A DNA stretch of 42,454 nucleotides from the NCBI GenBank assembly GCA_000934665.2, contig JYFJ02003417.1, forward strand, positions 1-42,454. The letters run 5' to 3'. The DNA comes from Catajapyx aquilonaris (Eukaryota). Made by a program: the position numbers and the translations under genes. Shown in pieces: positions 35,418 through 42,454 of this stretch (position 1 is its first letter; the number at the start of each line of letters is the position of its first letter). The notes under the pieces were generated by a model. The model did not search any database, was not told the origin of the DNA, and saw nothing but the letters and a program-made list of their open reading frames with translations.

Positions 35418-36918
35418 CAGGGCCCTGCAGAGCTTGTCTGAGGCCCGGGGCAGGCGTCATGTTAGAGGCCCCTTCTTATAACGACATAAAAACACGTAAC
35501 CAAAACAATAATGATTACTATGGACCTTTGGCATTGAAGTCACAAACGCACATGTTGTTATGATTACATGGTTGGGACTGGTTGGCAAGTTAGCCATCTA
35601 AGGCAAAGATCTAAGGCATATAATGAAGTTATAATTGGAAATTAATTCTGCTTGAATTTTCTAAAAATAAGCTTGCAGAGTTTACAAATACAGTATATCA
35701 CATTTGACATTTCATATTAGCGATGTTTGCAATATATTTTGGTCTACAGTAAGGGAAAAATAAATTCGTATAGGCATATATCATCAATAAATTCCCTGCC
35801 ATTCGCAGTTTTCATTACTCGGTGTAAAGTGGATTAAGGTTACAGGCCCTAGCTCCAAAAATGTACAAAGCAGTCAATGAGATGTACCAGTAGGTACCGA
35901 TTTCACTTGCACAGCAAGCACAGAACAATACGCACACTCAGAAAATGCAACCAGTCGAGATATAGCAAGGAGGAAAAGGGCTATAAATGCACACAAATAG
36001 GGTGTTGGGGAACCTAGCCCCTACTATTTCAATGTCATGGCTCCTCTTGCACACATAGTATCTTAATTAATTAGGGTTTTTAATGCCGACATTGAGGCAT
36101 TTATAATAATTACACTATGTAACAAAAATCAACATTTTTGTTCTTGGAAATTCATCGCCATTTGCATGTTCCTTAGGTCGCTGGTAACTCATAATGACGT
36201 GTCATTCTGTCAAAGAACCAAAGTCCTCAAAATGTTTTCTGGTTACATATTCGAGTAAAGCTAATTCTATTGTTGCATTCTCCTCGTCTTCCTCCGTCTT
36301 TTGATGTACATAATTATGTTCGTTGGGTTTTGACCACTTTCACTAACCGAAAACAGTATTCGCCAAGGGCTCATTTTAAGGGCTTCAAAATTTCGGCTAG
36401 GTTCCCTTTTATACAGAACTGCACTGAACGTATAGGCAAGCCCTTTTCCTTTTTCCCAGATCTTGAGTGGTTGCATTTTCAGGGTGAGAGAATTAGTGAG
36501 TGTATGGGCAAGTCTGATCGAATCCTTACATATGGGCAGGGCCCAGGCCCCAGACTGAAACAGGGGGCCCCAAATTGGCGAATTTCTATTGGAAAAAATT
36601 TGACATTTAAAAGCCGGTATTGAATTATAGGGCCCCGAGTCCCCAACCCAAAGAGGGCCCGCAAATTGGCTTATTATTATTATTGCCATTTGGAAATTAT
36701 ACGTCAATATTGAAATGGGGCCTCCAGAAATGATTCGGCCTTAATGTGTTAAGAGTTAAGACGCCATTGGGATTGGGTGTTTTTCCCAGTAAGTTTCTGT
36801 CGGCTGGTTGGATAAGTCCGGCCTGGGGCCCCTGGCGGGGCCCCCTGGCCGGACTTATCCCTCCGAGGCCCGGGGCAAGTGTACCCAGCTGCCCCCCCCC
36901 CCCCTCTGCTGGGCCCTG
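35418..36918. mobile_element. hAT-like non-autonomous DNA transposon, 1501 bp
   Basis: TIRs CAGGGCCCTGCAGAG / CTCTGCTGGGCCCTG (14/15 match). 8-bp flanks CACGATTT (35410-35417) and CANGATTG (36919-36926). Subterminal GGGCCC motifs. No transposase ORF. Confidence 0.8.
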
Positions 36919-39900
36919 CANGATTGTGTTGGGGGTCCTGTAAGTTTAGAACCAGATGGATTTAAACTACATATTGTTTGGATACAGGTGAAATCCACCA
37001 AGTCCAAGAAACCAGCTAGTGAATGCAGAAAATCCTGAGTTACTGGCTGATTTTGAATCTTTCGGGCTAAATAGGCTTCACCAGGTGATAGAGAAAAAAA
37101 GGTGCTATTTTGATGTGTAAATATCTCGAAACCTCCAAAATTTGATTTACTGTTAGTAGATTTCAGATTTTTGGATACTATTCTATATACACCATGCACC
37201 AGAGAACAGCTCTGTACAATAGTGTTTTGGCAAGCTCAATATCTGGGCAAATCATTGCGTATTCCTGCAACTACTGTATGATCACAACCCACACAACTGT
37301 TCATGTAATTGTGAGTCTGCAGCTTTAAACCATTGCTTTGGGCCAAGTGCTCAGTTACAGCTGCACCTTTTTTTTTGTACAATTCGGGCTCCAAGTACTC
37401 AACATGCAACTGTGTAATAAAATTTTCAGGTAAACCAGTATGTTGCAACAACCTGCAAAGGAACCAGGGAGTGCATAGATTTGCGCAGGTAAATTGAAAA
37501 AGTGTAATGCGGCCATTTTGGAACTCGAGGGAAGTACAAAATGACCTGTGAAGTGGGTGGCAGCTCCCCAGGATAATGAATACAAATTGGATGGGAGAAG
37601 TAGAGAGAACGGGATCTATTCAACGGATCGAGGAAGCTCCTACGGCAGATTTTCCAGGAAGGGGTGGGAGCAAAAAGAGGAGTGGGGGGGAAGTGGGAAG
37701 AGACCAAAGAGATGGAAGCTCAGGTTGAGAGGGGGGGCCTAGTGTTTGTCGTGACAGGAAGTTAGATGGTCGTCAGGTCAATATTGGGAGCGGAGGTGGT
37801 CACTTAGGATTGTTGATGTAATGTGGAGGAAGGTGGCTTGAGATGGTGGAGGGTGATGGGAGAGTCTCAATTCTCAGCAAATGGATCCTTTAAATGGACG
37901 GCGGATCTCAGGAGGGATTACCTGTGAGCTGGGATTGCAGTGATTCGCGTGGCTAGGACTCTACACCTGGTGGAGATTGGACAGCCATTTATTAGACAGG
38001 CCGGCTTCCAGGCCATTTCACGACTGCCTCTATACAAACGTGACATTCCTGCCATCTATGTCAGTTTACAAAAATTAAACTGAATTGGTGAATTGTGAAT
38101 CACAGGCTGTTGCGATATCGCGCATCAGTTTTATAGCGTATAAACCTCGTGCAATGGAGGTAACGAGACGAGATGTCGCGACTGAGCCAGGAAATCGTGT
38201 TATTCCCATATAAAATGAGCACTCAATTGAGCTATTTTCGCAAATGGGAGTGATCTTGAGCCGACTTGGGAGGGATTGGGGTCGGATAGAATATAAAGCA
38301 ATTGCACGGAGGGGAGTATAGTCAATACCGAGAGACTCTTTCGACGTAATGTATTCAGTTCATTATACATACTCCCAACGCAGGAAGCAAGTGCTGTAGG
38401 TGTTTAAAGCATGTTTCTTTTAACAAAAGAGCTCATTACTGAGGCAGAATTTTGCTGCATCACTACCTGCGTAAGAAAAATTCCCCAGAAACGCACAATT
38501 GTATCTGACATGTGTTAACGAATGCGATACCATCTGTTGCGCAATATGTTGAACAATTGCGTTCCATGGAAGCGCAATGTTCTGCTTGGTAAATTTTTAT
38601 TTCTGTGGATGAAACCCATCAATCCCTGGAGCCTTTGAACCAAGTCCATATATCTCAGTTTGAATTGAGTTTAGAAAACGGAGGTGTTGACAAAAGAAAA
38701 CTTCTGACGCCACACTGCGATCGGCAGAAGACTTGTTTAAATATAAATATTGAAATAAAATGACAAATGTATGGCTTCTGCTCTCCGGTGACATTTCGGA
38801 CCGTTTCGGACCAAGGAAGAAGCCATATAGGCCATTTCCAGTGATGTTAAATATATATAAGTTTATAATTTAGTAATTATATGCAGAGTCCAGATGGGGA
38901 TCTCTATTCAGGCGATGGATTATTATCCTACAGTAGTATCGATTGGCCGCGAAAACTTTCTGATCGGTTCTTGCACATTTGGATGCATAGATTCTGAATC
39001 CGCGAGTATAGTTTAGAATCGCAGGATCTATTGAAGGAGATACTGCATAGAGAAAAATCATAAATTGCCTGAATATTTCTTTCATATTATCCTGCATAAT
39101 TTAGTAAATTGACTATCAGACAGCTTGACAAAAGACATTTGAGTGGATGTACCGTAATCCAAAAGTGCTCAGTTCTCACCACATGTCACGTAAGGCATGC
39201 TGTGCCCTCACGTACGGTATGTTGCACATCTCGCATGAAGTAGGAGGCTAGACTTCGTGTCACATTGTCCTTACAGAGTTTACCACCATATTTAACTTTG
39301 GTTTGTATAATTACCTGACATTAATATGATTATTCATCTCGTCACACTTTGACAGTACACGGTCGGATAGGAAACCAAGTATTTTAACATGTACACGGAT
39401 AAGCATATAGGTTGACAACTATAGTTAGAAAAATAGCCAGAAGTCTGACAGGAATGAGTGGGCTTTTTGCCAAGCTAAAGTAGGATGCGATTATAGCCTA
39501 CCTGATCCGAATTAGAATGGAGTTAAAAATAAGCAAACAAAAATATGAAAGAGAAATGTGGTACGTTGGGGGTTCCTTGCTCTGTTTCGGGCCATGCTTC
39601 CAGAGTTGGTTATTTGTGCTCTTTCTGATGCTACAAAAGTATTCATAATTATCATAAACAAGTGAAGTACAATATTGTAAAATCAGTATTACGTATTGCA
39701 ACAAATTACTGAAAATTCTGTAACCATAATGGTAGCAATCTGCTTACGTCTGGCATTGACAATATCGTGTTTGTCCTATTCTGAAAAATACTTTCAATGC
39801 AAACCTGGATAATTATGCGTAAGGGTTGCTCACATCTTGTGATATTAATGGAGCTGTTAAAAATATACATGTGAAATATGGTTCATTCATACATTTATTT

Positions 39901-41107
39901 ATAATACAAACATTTATCAACGTCTGACATTGTAGACTAAGTGGCTACACCTGTAAGTATAGAAATAGTAAGAGCTGCAGATATTTGTGATAAGTACTGC
40001 ATTGTGCAGGATAATAGTGTTATCATACTGTGTCAGAGTTACGGCGACCAGACCATAAAGACCCCACGCCAATAGTATTATCACACTGAGAACTTTTCAT
40101 TGTATTTATGTAGGCAAGTTGATAATTCAAGTTTTAAATGTTATTTAAAATAATATTATTTGTTAAAATCAAGTCCATGAAGTATGTCACGCTAATTACC
40201 AAGCATTGTCATTCTCCTGTAAAAGTACGTCATTGCTGTACAAACAAACCCCGACCCCCTGCCTCCCAAAACACAGTGCACACAGGTCGCTGTCTAATTG
40301 TAGCATACAAAAAAAAGCATGCTATTATCTCCACCACAATAGAATCAAAGCCACCAAAACTAACTCTGCTAATTTCATGGATTATCGCAAGAAAATGTAA
40401 AGCCTCAATGGGAATAGGAAACTTTAGGAACATCCCGGCGCGTATAAACTGCAGGCATCCATATGAATGACTAAAATACAGAACATTCTAGTCAAAATTG
40501 AGGTTGGCAGTATTTAACATAGTCTTCGAATACCTGGTTGTCATATCAGAGTGATAGCCCCCCTTGAGATATTTTAGAAATAAAAAATCGTCCCTTCCGG
40601 GAAACCGCAATCTTCAATCTTCAATCTTCAAAACCTCTTGACATCTGTCAAACGTGACTGATCGTTCTGCTTTTCATGCCTTCACTTGTATAGAATAAAT
40701 CGTTTATATTATGAACATACATATTTAACTAGTTCCTGTCAATGCGGCTGCAGCACTGTGACGCAATGTCGCAAAAATAATAACTGTATACCTCGTGACG
40801 GCGAGTTATATCATCAGTGCAGTAGTTGTAATGCTGACTGACTGGAACTAACCTGTTTCTAATTACTCTGACATTCGTGGTAAACTATGACTAGACGTTT
40901 TTTATTGGTTCGTATAGTGAGTGATAAATCGTTGTTCCTGGATTTATTGGAGTTACTGTAAAGTGACCATTAAAGCAACATTTCCATCATGCACAGGCTG
41001 TTCCAACTATAATGTCATTTTCATTTAACGACTTATGGCACTAAGATGCTTATTTGCATGCAGTTAATGTTGAATACTGCGTTTGATTTAGCTTAAATAA
41101 TACTTTT

Positions 41108-41793
41108 CACTCACAAAAAAATCTTGCAACTAAGAATAGTCTAGGCCTATTTGAATTGTAGCGGTTGAACTCAACATTTTCAGTGAAAATGGATTCATTC
41201 TTTGATTAGCGTACTTAATTTTCTTTCAGTTCATTACCGGTAACTCAAATGGAGTTAACTCAGGTAACTCTTTTTGGTTTCATCAAATTAGATGAAACCC
41301 TGACAAATCATGTCAAAATTGAGTTTCCTGTATTTAGTTAGGGCAGATTCGTTTTGCACACCAAATTGAACTCGTAACACGCTTGAAACATCCTAAATTG
41401 CTTCAGTATGTGACGTCAGTATATTTCTATATATTTTTATATTTCCTTTTCTATGGTCGTCTGATAGCATACACCAGTTGGCCGATCATCAACTACAAAA
41501 GATGTGCACACATTTGTACAAAAAAGTTGAATACCTCACAAAACCACAACAAAATCCATGATCACTACACCACGAGCAATCAATCAGCACCATATACAAC
41601 ACATGTCATTAAACCAATTCCATAAAACATTAACATCCATATATATGAAGTTACATAATTTAGTTATTTTGACGACTGAAAATTGAGTACGGGGTTGTCA
41701 AATTAAATGTTTTACCACTCATTTTATGCTGCTTTGAAATTACGCAAGTAGTATATGAGCTCTCTTTTTTTTAGCTCAAATGTTTTTACAGTG
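41108..41793. mobile_element. Degenerate EnSpm/CACTA-like element remnant
   Basis: Right end TTTTTACAGTG (reverse complement CACTGTAAAAA), possible eroded left end CACTCACAAAAAA, internal AACTC/GAGTT motifs. The left boundary is tentative. Confidence 0.3.
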
Positions 41794-42454
41794 TAGACAA
41801 CTACTGAGGCAAGTGGTTATACGGGGAAGCCTTGCCGCAGGGTAACTCCAATAATCCACTATCCACATGCCGGGTGACGTTACTAACATTTAACTTCCTC
41901 TTACGACAAAATAGGTCGAGTAATCCCCTATACACCTGCCTATTCTCCAACCGGGTCCAACGTAGAATAATACTGGTTTTACCCCCAATTTATATTTTTT
42001 TAAACCACTTCCAGCCTACATACCGAGCTAAAATTTTGCTCAGGGATAGCTGAGTAGCTGAAATCGGGGGAAAAATCCTAAAAGTTCCAATTTTTGCATA
42101 GGAACTCATTTGTAAACAGATGAAACGCTCCATAACTTCAACCTCCACCTATGGTACTTGCCCTGATCTGAAAATATTGGGACACCCCCAAAAAATGGAG
42201 TGGTGGGGTTATACACAGGATGTGATAAAAAGTTTCCATTAGATTATCTGGACTTTAGAATGGATAATTATGAATAGTAACAATTGAGCTAGGAGGATAC
42301 CAAATTTGAAGTTCATTTGACAGTTAACAACTGAAATAAATACGATTATACCTTGGGCAGTGAATTTCTGTGGGGTCTGGTAAAAATTGCTGCCACTCTG
42401 TTTATTTCTTACTTAGCGGGATGTAAATGTTGATAATGAACCTGAGGGGCCGCA

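Noticed and set aside
36267..36707. ORFs inside the hAT-like element as transposase remnants
   Set aside because: No BED finger, DDE or hAT dimerisation motifs are visible.
38770..38845. Penelope-type hammerhead remnant on the minus strand (GGTCCGAAACGGTC) within a 10-bp inverted repeat
   Set aside because: The upstream core reads CTGGAAA rather than CTGANGA, and the stems do not close.
42211..42240. Mariner-like single termini (also TACAGGGTGATTCA near 1977 and GGAACACCCTGTA near 25693)
   Set aside because: No partner TIR or transposase sequence was found in the window, so no element could be delimited.

Overview
This window is eukaryotic (animal, most likely invertebrate/arthropod-like) genomic DNA, and most of it reads as intronic or intergenic. 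There are no long ORFs, rRNA genes, true tRNA genes, CRISPR arrays or intact transposase/RT genes. Best supported are non-autonomous mobile elements: two full-length tRNA-derived SINEs with perfect 14-bp TSDs, which share a head and body but have different 3' tails; a 118-bp TTAA-flanked piggyBac-type MITE; a 1.5-kb hAT-like element with an 8-bp TSD; a TA-flanked MITE with a nested TTAGG-rich element; a CGATA-rich element; and a small fold-back element present twice. There is also a perfect 36-bp-arm palindrome and several minisatellites, one of them an array of five CCAAT boxes. Splice signals and reading frames suggest a + strand spliced gene (first exon 520-567, further phase-compatible exons to 32057, about 189 aa, no family recognised). 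A weaker - strand candidate gene starts at 34376 behind an E-box-rich promoter-like region. The gene models are inferred from signals only and need RNA or homology evidence. I found no clear novel multi-gene system; the most notable items are the SINE tail swap, the possible interleaved antisense genes, and transposon-borne arrays of transcription-factor sites.
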